Shown piece after piece: positions 37,214-50,079 of a stretch of 64,000 nucleotides of DNA. Origin of the DNA: Mobula hypostoma (taxonomy: Eukaryota); contig NC_086109.1 in the NCBI RefSeq assembly GCF_963921235.1, forward strand, positions 25,050,001 through 25,114,000, in the 5' to 3' direction. The notes beneath the pieces are model-generated. The model was not told the origin of the DNA, made no database searches, and saw only the letters and a program-made list of their open reading frames with translations. Positions within the stretch are counted from its first letter, which is position 1; each line of letters begins with the position of its first letter. The translations under genes and the position numbers were made by a program.

Positions 37214-37410
37214 TCAAGAGATTCTGTGGATGCTGGAAATCCAGAGCAACACACACACAAATGCCGGAGGAACTCAACAGGCCAGGCAGCATCTAGGAAG
37301 CGAAATAAAAAGTCAAAGGTGCAGGTTGTGAAGGGTCTCGGACAGAAGCATCAACTGTTTTTCCTTCTCCATAGTTGCTGCCCGACATGCTGAGTTTTGT
37401 GTCTGTGTTA
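37214..37410. mobile_element. Degenerate fold-back Penelope derivative
   Basis: Left arm gatgctggaaatccagagcaacacacacacaaatgccggaggaactcaac. Inverted right arm gaagggtctcgg...ccatagttgctgcccgacatgctgagtt. Confidence 0.7.
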
Positions 37411-37646
37411 GTCCAGAATAGCTTGATATGGTTAATGCTACCAGGATTTGAATAGCATGTTTAAGATAGTTCGCTGTAAATATAACATTGGATTGGGTTG
37501 GGATGGATGATGAAAAAAATTAAAAGTGCTTAGGCCAATGATGTAACAATTAAGATGAGGATTTGCATATCTGGCTAGAAGTGAAATAACAAGAAGTTTT
37601 TGAGGAATACTGAGTTGAGTTAGGAGGTTCATATTCTGCATGGAGG

Positions 37647-38600
37647 TTGGTGACCAGTGATGTGCCTCAGGGATCTGTTCTGGGAACCCTACTCTTCATG
37701 ATTTTTATAAATGACCTGGATGAGGAAGTGGAGGGATGGGTTAGTAAGTTTGCTGATGACACGGAGGTTGGAGGTGTTATGGATAGTGTGGAGGGCTGTC
37801 AGAGGTTACAGCGGGACATTGATAGGATGCAAAACTGGGCTGAGAAGTGGCAGATGGAGTTCAACCCAGACAAGTGTGAAGTGGTTCATTTTGGTAGGTC
37901 AAATATGATGGCAAAATATAGTATTAATGGTAAGACTCTTGGCAGTGTGGAGGATCAGAGGGATCTTGGGGTCCGAGTCCATAGGACGCTCAAAGCAGCT
38001 GTGCAGGTTGACTCTGTGATTAAAAAGGCATATGGTGTATTGGCCTTCAGTAATCGTGGAATTGAATTTAGGAGCCGAGAGGTAATGTTGCAGCTATATA
38101 GGAACACGGTCAGACCCCGCTTGGAGTACTGTGCTCAGTTCTGGTTGCCTCACTACAGGAAGGATGTGGAAAGCATAGAAAGGATGCAGAGAAAATTTAC
38201 AAGGATGTTGCCTGGATTGGGGAGCATGCCTTATGAAAACAGGCTGAGTGAACTCGGCCTTTTCTCCTTGGAGCGACGAAGGATGAGAGGTGACCTGATA
38301 GAGGTGTGTAAGGTGATGAGAGGTATGGATCGTGTGGATAGTCAGAGGCTTTTTCCCAAGGCGGTAATGGTTGCCACAAGAGGACACAGGTTTAAGGTGC
38401 TGGGGCGTAGGTACAGAGGAGATGTCAGGGCTAAGTTTTTTACGCAGGGAGTGGTGAGTGCGTGGAATGGGCTGCCAGCAACGGTGGTGGAGGCAGATAC
38501 GATAGGGTCTTCTAAGAGACTTTTGGTTAGATACATGGAGCGTAGAAAAATAGAGGGCTATGGTTAAGCCTAGTAATTTCTAAGGAAGGGACATATTTAA
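37647..38600 (+). mobile_element. Young 5'-truncated CR1 LINE with open 306-aa RT C-terminus; tail displaced to ~41509-41555
   Basis: [56 protein letters not shown]. Confidence 0.93.
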
Positions 38601-38619
38601 CAAAACATAAATGTAGCCA

Positions 38620-41508
38620 GTTAGAGGGGTTGAGATGAGTCTATTTGAACGCTAGGAGTATTAGGAATAAAAGGGATGAACTTAGAGCATGGATCAGTAC
38701 ATGGAACTATGATGTTGTGTCCATTACTGAAACTTAGCTGGGGGAAGGGCAGGACTGGCTGATGCAGGTACCGGGGTTTAGGTGTTTTAAAAGGAATAGG
38801 ATGGGAGGTAGAAAAGGGGAGGGGGAGTAGCATTACTGGTCAGGGATAGTATTACGGCTATAGAAAGGGAAGATACTGCAGAGGGAGTGTCCACTGAGTC
38901 AGTGTGGGTGGCAGTCAGAAATCGGAAGGGATCAATCACTGTGCTGGGAGTAGTCTATAGGACACCCAAATAGCCCTTGGGACATCGAGGAGCAGATAAG
39001 CAGGCAGATTTTAGAATGGTGCAGGAAACACAGGGTTGTAGTCATGGGTGATTTCAACTTCCCTCATATTGACTGGCACCTCCTGACTGCAAGTGGGATA
39101 GATGGGGCTGAATTTGTCAGGTGTGTTCAAGAAGGATTCCTGACAAAGTATGTGAACTGGCCGACAAGAGGAGAGGCCGTACTGGATCTAGTTCTGGGTA
39201 ATGAATCTGGTCAGGTGGCAGACTTCTTGGTGGGGGAGATTTTGGTGAGAGTGACCACAACTCCCTTAGTTTCAGCATAGCTATGGAAAAGGATGAAAAC
39301 AGACAAAATGAGAAAGTACTTAACTGGGGAAGGGCTAACTGTGAAGGGATGAGGCAGGAACTAGCGAGAGTAAATTGGAAACAGATGTTCAAGGGTGAAA
39401 GCACAGAAGTAATGTGGAGGAAGTTTAGGGGCCACTTGTGCTGGGTTCAGTATAGGTTTGTCCCACTGAGACAAGAAAGAAATGGTAGGAAAAAGGAACC
39501 ATGGCTGACGAAACACGTGAGGCAACTCGCCAAGAGGAAGAAGGAAGCATATGTTAGATATAAGAAGCAGGAAGCAGGAGGGGCTCATGAGAAATATAGG
39601 GTAGCCAGGAAGGAGCTTAAGAAAGGACTTAGGAGAGCTCGAAGGGGGCATGAGAAGGCCTAGGCATGTAGGATTAAGGAGAACCCCAAGGCGTTCTATG
39701 CGTATGTGAAGAACAGAAGGATGACAAGAATGAAGGTGGGTCCGCTAAAGGATAAAGAAGGCAACATGTGCTTGGAGGCGGAGGAGGTTGGGGAGGTCCT
39801 AAGTGAATACTTTGCTTCAGTATTCACAAGCGAAAAGGACCTTGATCAGGATGAGGGTGAAATAGAACAGGCCTGTGTGCTGGACAATGTGGAGATTAAG
39901 GAAGAAGTGTTGGATATTCTTAAAAACATCAAGATTGATAACTCCCCAGGGCCAGATGTGATATACCCCAGTTTGCTGTGGGAAGTGAGAGAAGAGATCA
40001 CTGGAGCAGTAGCCATGATCTATCAATCCTCTTTGGCTGCAGGAGAAGTGCCAGAGGATTGGAGAATGGCAAATGTATTTCTCTTGCTTAAAAAAGGTAA
40101 TAGGGAGAATCCTGGGAACTATAGACCAGTGAGTCTTATGTCGGTGGTCTGCAAACTATTGGAAAGGATTCTTAAGGTTAGGATCTACGAGCATTTGGAG
40201 AAGTGCAGTCTACTCAAGGATAGTCAACATGGCTTTGTGAAGGGAAGGTCATGCCTCACGAGCCTAATTGAGTTTTTTGAAGAGGTAACAAAAGAAATTG
40301 ATGAGGGTAACGTAGTAGATGTGGTCTACATGGATTTTAGCAAGGCATTTGAAAGGGTCCCCCACGAGAGACTCAACCAAAAAGTCATGAGGCATGGGAT
40401 CAGTGGAACTTTGGCTGTTTGGATAAAAAATTGGCTTACAGGAAGAAAGCAGATGGTAGTAGTGGAAGGAAAGTATTCTGCCTGGAGGTCAGTGACTAGT
40501 GGAGTGCCACAAGGATCTGTCCTGGGACCCCTGTTCTTTGTGATTTTTATAAGTGACCTGGATGAAGTGGTGGAAGGATGGGTGAGTAAGTTTGTGGATG
40601 ACACAAAGATTGGAGGAGTTGTGGATGGAGCTATAGGTTGTTGAAGGTTACAAGAGGATATAGACAGGATGCAGAGTTGGGCAGAAAAGTGGCAGATGGA
40701 GTTCATTCCAGATAAGTGTGAGGTGATGCATTTTGGCAGGACAAACCAGAAAGCTGAGTACAGGGTTAATGGTCAGTTACTTAAGAGTGTGGATGAACAG
40801 AGGGACCTTGGGGTTCAAATCCATACATCCCTCAAGGTCGCTGCACAGGTTGATAGGATAGTTAAGAAGGCCTATGGGATGCTAGGCTTCATTAGTAGGG
40901 GGATTGAGTGCAAGAGCAGAGAGGTAATGTTGCAACTCTACAAATCTCTGGTGTGACCACACTTAGAGTATTGTGTTCAGTTCTGGTCACCTCATTATAG
41001 GAAGGATGTGGAAACTATGGAGAGGGTGCAAAGGAGATTTACCAGGATGTTGCCTGGATTGGAAAACAAGCCTTATGAGGCAAGGTTAACAAAGCTGGGA
41101 CCTTGGAGCGTAGAAGGATAAGAGGGGACTTGATAGAGGTCTACAAGATTATGAGAGGCATAGATAGGGTGGATAGCCAGTACCTGTTTCCTAGGGCACG
41201 AATAGCAAACACCAAAGGGCGTATGTACAAAGTTAAGGGAAGGAAGTTTAGGGGAGACATCAGGAGTAAGTTTTTTACACAGAGGGTTGTGGATGCCTGG
41301 ACTGACTTGCCAGGGATGGTGGTGGAGGCTAAAACATTAGGGGTATTTAAGAGCCTCTTGGACAGGCACATGGATGAAAGAAAAATGGAGGGTTATGGGG
41401 TGGTGTGGGTTTAGTACTTTTTTTAAGGAATATATGGGTTGGTACATCTTCGAGGGCCAAAGGGCCTATACTATGCTGTTGTATTCTAGTGTCTAGTTCT
41501 AGTGCCTA
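38620..41508 (+). mobile_element. CR1 LINE, near-complete ORF2 (APE endonuclease plus RT) broken by a few stops and frameshifts
   Basis: [80 protein letters not shown], with a (TCTAGTG)n tail. Confidence 0.93.
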
Positions 41509-41574
41509 GGCCAAAGGGCCTGTATTGTGCTGTATGTTTTCTACGTTTCTATGTTGCAGAGAAGGGGAGAATGA

Positions 41575-41850
41575 TTCCTTGGATAGAGCCATAGAGTCTT
41601 TACAGCACAGAAACAGGCCCTTTGCCCCATTTAGTCCATGCCAAACTGTTATTTTGCCTAGTCACATCGATCTGCACCTGGATTATTGCCCTCTTATTGA
41701 TGTACTTATGCAAACTTCTCTTAAATTTTGCAATCAACGCTGCACCCACCACTTCCACCGGCATGTCATTCCAAAAGCACACCACCCTCTGAGTTAGAAG
41801 GCCCCCTTCAGATTCCTTTAAATAATCCTTTCACCCTTAACCTACAGCCT
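41575..41850 (-). mobile_element. CR1 3' end
   Basis: WNDMPVEVVGA..IAKFKRSLHKY, and a ggggcaaagggcctgtttctgtgctgta tail. Confidence 0.7.
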
Positions 41851-43319
41851 CTAGAGCTATGACCTCTCATTCTGAAGATACGAAAACTAAAATGGGAATC
41901 ATTTTTAAGGAATCACCAGATCAAGGGAAATACTTATAACTGGACAGATGTTCGCATGTGACGTTATGTTCGTTAAAGAGCTAACAGTGGTGTTTGCAAA
42001 GATTTTAATAATGAAGCAGAAAAAAATCGGAGACCAGCCAGGAAGACCTATGGAATGCAAAAGGTAAAAGAAGGGGTGAGAATTTGACCAGTGGAAGACC
42101 CCACAGGAATGGAGTTGAGCATTATTACGAAGATGGAATTTGACAGTGTTTGCAAGAAAATGCAAGTAATATTGAGGTCATTTACAGCATGATGCCTGAG
42201 GAAATCTAGGGGAGAGATTCAACTGGTAATCGACAGAACAGCTTGTTGGAACTGATGACAAAGATTTGGCTGAGTATCATACTTCGTTTGAGTAAATTTC
42301 TGCTCAATCAATGCTGGATATTGGACCAGGGAGAGTGAAGTTTTGAAAAAAGATAGGTCGGAAGTAGAGCTGGGTCATCAGAAGGTACTTGAAAACTGAC
42401 ACTGCTTTCTGACAATACTGCACAGAAGAATTATCTAGAAGGAAACGGTAAAGGAGAGATGGATAAATAGTCAATCTATATATCCCCAGATAGAATTCCA
42501 CAGATTCACTATCTTCTTTAGCCAGAGGATGATGAATCTGTGAAATTCATTGCCACAGATGGCTGTGAAGGCCAAGTCACTGGGTATTTTTAAAGTGGAA
42601 GTTGATAGATTCTTGATTTAGTAAGGGCATCAAAGGTTATGGAGAGAAGGCAGGAGAATGGGGTTGAAAAAGAGAATACGTAAGAAATGATGTAATGGTG
42701 GAGAAGACACGATAGGCCGAATGACCTAATTCTGCTTCTAGGTCTTATGGTTTGATGGATTGAAAGTACAGACAGAAGCAGTGCAGATGATTCTCTGGCT
42801 CTAGCCAGAAAGAGTGAATGTATATGGAGCTGACTGATGGAGGAGATGCTGAAGAAGCGGATGCCAACAATGACAAAGGCAATGGAGTGATAGGATTGAT
42901 TATCACAATCATAATACATAACACGTCTCTTGTGACTCTGACAAGGACCGTTTCAGTAATCAGATGTAGAATGCAAACATGAGTTTGCTGCAAAGGTGCG
43001 CACAGATTTTGGAAGTGTGCTTCAAGACAGCACACTTCAGGCCTTGGAGACAAATGGGTATTGGTAAATTGTAAGTAGTAACTGGTCAAGGAATCACTTT
43101 TCGTTTATTTGCGGAGAGATATTGTCCTGATAGATGTAATTGGAAGAGGAAACGAAAAAGACAGTTAGTCCATAGTATGGTAGTAAAGAGATTTCAGAAG
43201 CAGCAAATAGGATTCATAAATTGAAAGTACGGGTGGAAAAGTGTGAATTCTTGTCTAGAACAAGGAGGAACTCCAGTGGAAGTATACCCAAAAGACTACA
43301 GAGTGGAAGCATCTAAACA

Positions 43320-45018
43320 CTTTGAGAAGAATAGAATATAAAACCAAGAACATCATGTTCAGGTTTTATAAGGCTTTGGACAGGCCACGTGTGGAGAATT
43401 GTGAGTAGCTTTAGACTTAAGGAAGGATATGCTGCCATTGGAGAAGGTCCAGAGGAAGTTTATGCTAATGACCCTGGGGATGAAAAGGGTTAACATTTGA
43501 GAAGCATTTGCTGGCTCTCAGTATGTACTCTCTGGAGTTGAGAATGATGCAGGGAGGGGATCTCATTGAAACCTACAGAGAATTTTAAAGAATTGAACGA
43601 AGAGAAAGTGGAAAGGATACTTCCAGTAGTGGGAGAGTCTAGAACCAGAAGGTGTAGCTTCAGAATAAGAACACGTCCCTTTGAAACAAAAATGAGGAGG
43701 AATTTCTTTAGCTTGAGTGTGGTGAATCACTGGAATTCATTGCCACAGGCGCCTGTTGAGGCCAAGATGTTGGGTATATTTAAAGAAAGTTTGATTGGTT
43801 CTTGCTTAGAAAGGATTGGTGGAGGGGCAGGTAGTATTGAGGAAACAGGTAGGCTGCTGAAGGACTTAGATAGATTGGAAGAATGGGCAAGAAAGTGGTA
43901 AATGAAATAGACATCTGTTAGTCTCGTGAGACCATGGATTTGCGCCTTGGAAGGTTTCCAGGGTGCAGGCCTGGGCAAGGTTGTATGGAAGACCGGCAGT
44001 CTCCCCTCTCCACGCCACCGATGTTGTCCAAGGGAAGGGCATTAGGACCCGTACAGCTTGGCACCTGTGTTGTCGCAAAGCAATGTGTGGTTAAGTGCCT
44101 TGCTCAAGAACGCAACATGCTGCCTCAGCCAAGGTTCGAATTAGTGACCTTCAGATCACTAGACCGACGCCTTAACCACTTGACCACACATTGGCCACAA
44201 TGTTGGAAAATGCATGGTCATGCACTTTGTAGAAGCAATGAATGTGCAGACTATTTTCTAAATGGGGAGAAAAATGAAAAATCTGAGATGTAAAGGGACT
44301 TGGGTGTTGTTGTGCAGAACACCCTAAAGGTTAATTTGCAACTAGAGTCGGTGGTGAGGAAGGTAAATGCAATGCTAGCATTCATTTCAAGAGGTCTAGG
44401 ATACAAGAGTAGGGATGTGATGCTAGGGCTTTATAAGGCACTGGTAAGGCCTCGCCTTGAGTATTGTGAACAGTTCTGGACTCATCATCTAAGAAAAAAT
44501 GTGCTGGCATTGGAGAGGGTTCAGAAGAGGTTCACAAGGATGATTCTGGGAAAGAAAGGGTTATCATATGAGGAATGTTTGATAGCTCTGGGTCTGTGCT
44601 TGCTGGAATTTAGAAGGATGCAGGGTAGGGGCTGGGATCTCATTGAAAACTTTCGAATGTTGCAAGGCTTGAACAGTGTGGATGCGGAAAGGATGTTAGC
44701 TACGGTGTGGGAGTCTAGGACAAGAGGGCCCAGCCTCAGGATAGAGGAGTGTTCATTTAAAACAGAGATGTGGAGAAATTTCTTTAGCCAGAAGGTGGTG
44801 AAGTTGTGGAATTTATTACCACAGGCAGCTGTGGAGGCCAGGTTGTTGGCTGTATTTAAGGCAGAGCTTCATAGGTTCTTGATTGGATGCAGCATCAAAA
44901 GTTATGGGGAGAAGGCCAGAGAGTGGGGCTGAGGAGGGGAAAAAAAGGATCAGCCATGATTGAATGGCAGAGCAGACTCGATGGGTCAAATGGCCTAATT
45001 CTACTCTAATGTCTTATT
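43320..45018 (+). mobile_element. Two adjacent CR1 3' fragments (43320-43810; 43815-45018, interrupted by a SINE)
   Basis: RRNFFSLSVVNHWNSLP, and a 210-aa ORF 44300-44932 containing LYKALVRPRLEYCEQFW..LERVQKRFTRMI. Confidence 0.88.
43910..44197 (-). mobile_element. tRNA-derived CORE-like SINE, same head as 21654 but different body and tail
   Basis: Minus strand gtggtcaagtggttaaggcgtcggtctagtgatctgaaggtcactaattcgaacc..ttcttgagcaaggcacttaaccacac. It splits the CR1 sequence aaatgaaata|caatgttgg. Confidence 0.85.
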
Positions 45019-45199
45019 ATTCAAAAAGAACATCAACAATTCATCCCTGAAAAAACATGTCATCCAACTATTGACTCAGCCACATACATTCTTCTCTCTG
45101 GAAATTGAAGTTGTTGTAAATCTGGATACAGCAGCATCTATCAAACCAGTCAATGGAAGGCACAGGCTGCACATTCATACTCTTCTTGGAAGAGATAGT

Positions 45200-45920
45200 T
45201 ATAGAATCATAGAGAAGTAGAGAACAAGAAGGCTCTTTGGTCTGTCTAGTCAATACCAAAACAATTAAAACTGCCTGCTCCCATCAAACTGCACCGGGAT
45301 CATAGCCCTACGTACCCCTACTATAAATGTACCAATCCAAACGTCTCTTAAACATTGAAATCAAGCTTGCCTGCACCACTCTCACGACCTTCTGGGTGAA
45401 GAGGATTCCCCTCATGTTCCTCTTAAACTTTTCATCTTTCATCTTAACCCATGACCTCCAGTTGTAGCCCCACCCAAACTCAGTGGAAAAAGCCTGCTTG
45501 CATTTATCCTATCTACACCCCTCATAATTTTGTATACCTTTATCAAATTTCCTCTCAATCTTCTATGTTGTAAGGAATAAAGTCCTAACCTATTCAATCT
45601 TTTAATATAATACAGGTCCTCCAACCTACTTGTAAATTTACACCTTACTCTTTCAACCTTATTTACATGTTTCCTGTAGACAGGTGACCAAAACTGCACA
45701 CAGCACTCCAAATTAGGACTTAGCAATGTCTTCTACAACTTCAACAAAACATTCCATCTCCTGTACCCAACACATTGATTTATGAAGACCAATGTGCCAA
45801 ATGACTTCTTTATGACCCTATCTACCTGTGACATCACTTTCAATGAATTATGCACCTGTATTCCCAGATGCCTTTGTTCTACCACACTCCTAATGCCCTC
45901 TCGTTCACTGTGTAAGACCT
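45200..45920 (-). mobile_element. CR1 3' fragment
   Basis: PNLECCVQFWSPVYRK..RRLRGNLIKVYKIMRGVDR. Confidence 0.8.
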
Positions 45921-45931
45921 ACATAACAATA

Positions 45932-46751
45932 CACTGGGAGATCCTGCTTTCTCTGGCGGACAACTATCCTTGTAAGTGGAACAAGTGCTACACATGCCCT
46001 TACACTTCCTCCCTCACCACCATTCAGGGCCCCAGGTAGTCCCTCCAGGTGAGGTGACACTTCACCTGTGAGTTGGCTGGGGTGATATACTGTGTCCGGT
46101 GCTCCCAATACGGCCTTCTAGATATTGGCGAGACCCAACGCAGGCTGGTAGACCGCTTCGCTGAACACCTACGCTCTGTCTGCCAGAGAAAGCAGGATCT
46201 CCCACTCGCCACACATTTTAATTCCACATCCCAATCCCATTCTGATATGTCTATCCACGGCCTTCTCTACTGTCAAGATGAAGCCACACTCAGGTTGGAG
46301 GAACAACACCTTATATTCTGTCTGTGTAGCCTCCAACCTGATGGTATGAACATTGACTTCTCAAACTTCCGCTAATGCCCCACCTCCCCTTCTTACCCCA
46401 TCCCTTATGTATTTATTTATTTATTTTCTTTCCCCTTTTTTTCTCTCTTTTTTCTCCCTCTGTCCCTCTCACTATAACTCCTTGGCCATCCTCTGGGCTT
46501 TTTCCCCCTCCCCCTTACTTTCTCCCTAGGCCTCCTGTCCCATGATCCTCTCCCTTCTCCAGCCTCGTATCCCTTTTGCCAATCAACTTTCCAGCTCTTG
46601 GCTCCATCCCTCCCCCTCCTGTCTTCTTCTATCAATTCGGATCTCCCCCTCCGCCTCCCACTTTCAAATCTCTGACTATCTCTTCTTTCAGTTAGTCCTG
46701 TACCTCTTCCTATAGATGCTACCTAGCCTGCTGCGTTCACCAGCATTTTTT
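45932..46751 (+). mobile_element. Penelope-like 3' fragment: GIY-YIG pseudo-ORF plus terminal repeat lacking the hammerhead
   Basis: YPCKWNKCYTC..(2 in-frame stops)..GVIYCVRCSQYGLLDIGET..LEEQHLIFCL.SLQPDGMNIDFSNFR, closely related to 29998-30402. Confidence 0.9.
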
Positions 46752-47295
46752 GAGAAGGTGATGGATATGGCTTAGCCCATCACAGGTAAAGCACCCCAAC
46801 CCCAATCATTGAGCACACCTAGATGAAACATTGTTGCAGTAAGGCAATATCCATCATCAGGGACCCCCACCATCCAGGTCACGTTCTCTTCTCAATGCTG
46901 CTATCAGGAAGAAGGTACAGGAACCCCAGGACTCACTGCACCAGTTTCAAGAACAGTTATTACCCCTTAGCCATCAGGCTCTTAAACAATGGGGATAACA
47001 TCACTCAACTTCACTTGCCCCACCATTGAAATGTTCCCACAACCTATGGACTTAGCTTCAAGGATTCTTCATCTCACATTCTTGATACCTATTGCTTATT
47101 TATTTGTCATTATTATTTCCTTCTTTTCCTATTTGCACAGTTTGTTCACTGGTTGGATACCCAAGTTGGAGCACCTTTCATTGATTCAGTTATGGTTATT
47201 ATTATATTATAGACTTATTGAGTATGCCAGCAAGAAAATGGATCTCAAGATTGTATATGTATGTACTTTGATAATAATTTTACTTTGAACTTTGA
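46752..47295 (+). mobile_element. Rex1/Babar LINE 3' end
   Basis: KAISIIRDPHHPGHVLFSMLLSGRRYR..FKNSYYPLAIRLLN, with a (CTTTGAA)n tail. Confidence 0.82.
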
Positions 47296-47726
47296 AATGT
47301 GATTTAAGTGATTTTGACTGTAGAAGGATTGTTGGTATCAGAAAGATTGTTGGTGTCAGACTGGGTGGTCTGAGTATATCAAAAACTGTTGATCGCCTGG
47401 AATTTTCATGCATAACAGTCTCTAATGTTTACAGAGAATGGTGCAAAAGACAAAAACATCCAGCACAGTAGTTCTGCGGGCAAAAACGCCTTGTTAAAGA
47501 GAGAGGTCAGAGGAGAATGGCCACACTGGTTCAAGCTGACAGGAAGGCGACCGTAACTGAAATACTCATGTGTCATAACAGTGGTGTGCAGAAGAGCATC
47601 TCTGAACATGCAACAAATCGAACCTTGAAGTCATGTGCTGCAGCAGCAGAAGACTACGAATATACACTCAGTGGCCGCTTTATTATGTGCAGGAGATACC
47701 TCATGAAGTGTCTATTGAGTGTATAT
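47296..47726 (+). mobile_element. Tc1/mariner transposase N-terminal remnant ending in a tiny TIR hairpin
   Basis: DLSDFD..GLSISKTVD..GQRRMATLVQADRKATVTEI..QKSISEHAT is the Tc1 HTH region. 47661-47726 reads tatacactcagtggccgctttatta...tattgagtgtata. Confidence 0.8.
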
Positions 47727-49011
47727 CATTCATTGTCCTCTTCCTATACCCTTTCAGGTTTATAAGATAGAAATGATGTAAACATTCACAATTTACTTAT
47801 CTCCTTTCTTACCAGTCTCCCACACCACAGCATTACCCTTGTATGTTTTCTCTCATTTAATTTATTCATTAATATAGCCTTGCCAGGCAAGTGTAGGAAG
47901 ATAATAATGATGATGAAGATGGATCATCATTTGATTTCATAGTCCGACAGACAGTTCAGAAACTGATCCTGTATGCAATATAGGAGAGAGTACAGAGGTG
48001 GGATCCATGAGGTAAGACACCGGGTGCATGTAATTAAGGTAAAGCATAAGGATAATGCAATTGCAGCCTTGTGGAAGATTGAGATTGTACATAAGTTCTT
48101 CCACAAATGACCCAGATGACATGTTCAGGGCAGTTTTCAGAAGGTTGAAAAATGAAAGATTTGCCAAGTCTGCTGCAAAGGTTTGATTCAATATTATGCA
48201 AAAATCCAATACTAACTTGCCGCAAGAATTTAACGCATACTTTGAAGCCTAAGTTTATAAGCACACTTCATTTACGTGAGATAAACCCAAACACACTTCT
48301 CTAACCACAATTCCCAGGTGCCCAGAATCAGTGGAAGCCCAGACACTAATCAGAGTCTGTTTGTTTACACCTTTACCAACATAGCACCTTGCACGCATGT
48401 TCATTGTCGATCTAGGGGCTCTTATAAAAACCTATTCAAAGAGGCCGTCTGTTTCCTATTGTGAATAATTGTCCAATAAGATATATTCTTGGAAAAGCCC
48501 TTCTTAGGACTCTGCTTGCATAACAATTACACTGGAAATATTTGACTCTAAGTCAGAAGTTTGGCAACAACAGATTAATTGCCTGCACATGTTGTTTGGC
48601 AGTATCAGTAAAGTCTTAGACCATAATGAGACAATTGCCCTCAGAAAGCTGTAGTATGGATATTTCATTTTTGAAAAGATTCTCTGAACTATCTACAATG
48701 CCTTTGGTCATGATTTTTATGTTTTAATGCTTCTGCTGAAAGAACAGCTTTAAAAAACAGGGATATAACAGCAGAGGAGTGGAAATAATTGGACTGCTCT
48801 TTCAATGCCTCAACATCTACCATGTGGGTTGAATTGGTGTTGGTATTGCAATATGTGAATGATGCAATATCGAGGCTTCCTTTTGGTCAGTTTTATTATG
48901 AATTGGCAAAATCACATCGTAAAATGCTCTCAATATATTAATAATTAATATACATGACCTCAGGATAGCCCGTGTAATATTTGCCCCATTGCTCAGGAGT
49001 TTTAGTGTTAT

Positions 49012-49295
49012 ACTGTGGTGCAGCTGGTGGAGCCTTACAGCTGCAGTGACCTAGGGTCAATCCTGACCTGTTCATGCACAGCTTGCACATTCTCCCTATG
49101 ATCACATGGGCTTCAGATTCCTCCCATATCTCAACAACATGCAGATCAGTAGGTTAATTAGCCAATTTCAATTGCAAGCTAGTATATAGATGTGTGGTGG
49201 AATTTGGGGGCTGTAGAGGAGAATACCTGAATGAATTAAATGCTGCTAGTGTAAATGTGTGATTGGCAATTGGTGTTGCTGTTATATGACTCTAT
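49012..49295 (+). mobile_element. V-SINE (HE1-like), decayed
   Basis: gacctagggtcaatcctgacc..ttgcacattctccctatgatcacatggg..ttcctcccatatc..taggttaattagcca. Confidence 0.65.
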
Positions 49296-50079
49296 GTCTA
49301 CTTTATAGGGAAGATAAAATATTGTTTCTATCAAATCTCAGGAGCTGGTATCAGTTCCAAAACACTAAAACAATTTGTATTCCCTCTATTGCAGGTGTGA
49401 GGGGTCTGGAAATGGGATGTCTCACCTCTCCTAAAGTCTGACAAAGTGTTTCATCTGAACAATGAAAAAATAATGAGTAGAAGGGCAACAAAGCGAACCA
49501 TTTTAACTGAACGGCAAACATACCAAGACTTGACAGGAGTGCAGCAGGTAAGTGGATATCTAAAGTTTTGTGCCACTTACAGCCAGCGAAGTAAAGCCCA
49601 ACAGTAGGATAATGGTTCTAACCTATGTGAAATTCCAACTTGGCCAAGGGATTTGGAGAGCACCTTCCAGTGAGATTTCATCTTTTAACTGAGTGAATTC
49701 TTCTAAGCTCAGAAATTTTGTAAGTGACTGAAAAGGAAAGCTGATCTGCTACAAAAGGTTAAATTTATACTATTACCCATCTGAAGCATCTGAACCTGGA
49801 TTCTTTCACCCAGACACTAGCAGACAAGCCAAATACTTCCAGGATCTTCTGTTTTAATTTCAACTTTATGAGGTTTCAGACTCATTACAGTTGCCACTAG
49901 AAATGTTCTCCCTATGGCCAACCAGCTTGTTGGTAATATCAATATACATAAAGGAACATAAACTGCATTCCTGTAGACATCTATTAACACACTAATGTAC
50001 CCTGTTAGAGAGGAGCACTGGCTCAGGTTAACCTGACTATTGCCATTGATTGAAGCGGAGTGTCAGACTTTAAAATTTA

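Noticed and set aside
37647..38567. Intact 306-aa RT ORF as a domesticated gene
   Set aside because: It is a 5'-truncated CR1 with a normal CR1 3' UTR. The open frame is explained by youth, and there is no promoter or ATG context.
41870..43300. Purine-rich stretch resembling decayed coding sequence
   Set aside because: Apart from a small CR1 piece at ~42510-42755, I could not assign any motif or sustained reading frame.
47900..48420. Possible ancient DNA-transposase remnant on the minus strand
   Set aside because: Only a vague resemblance, with no catalytic motif or TIR found.
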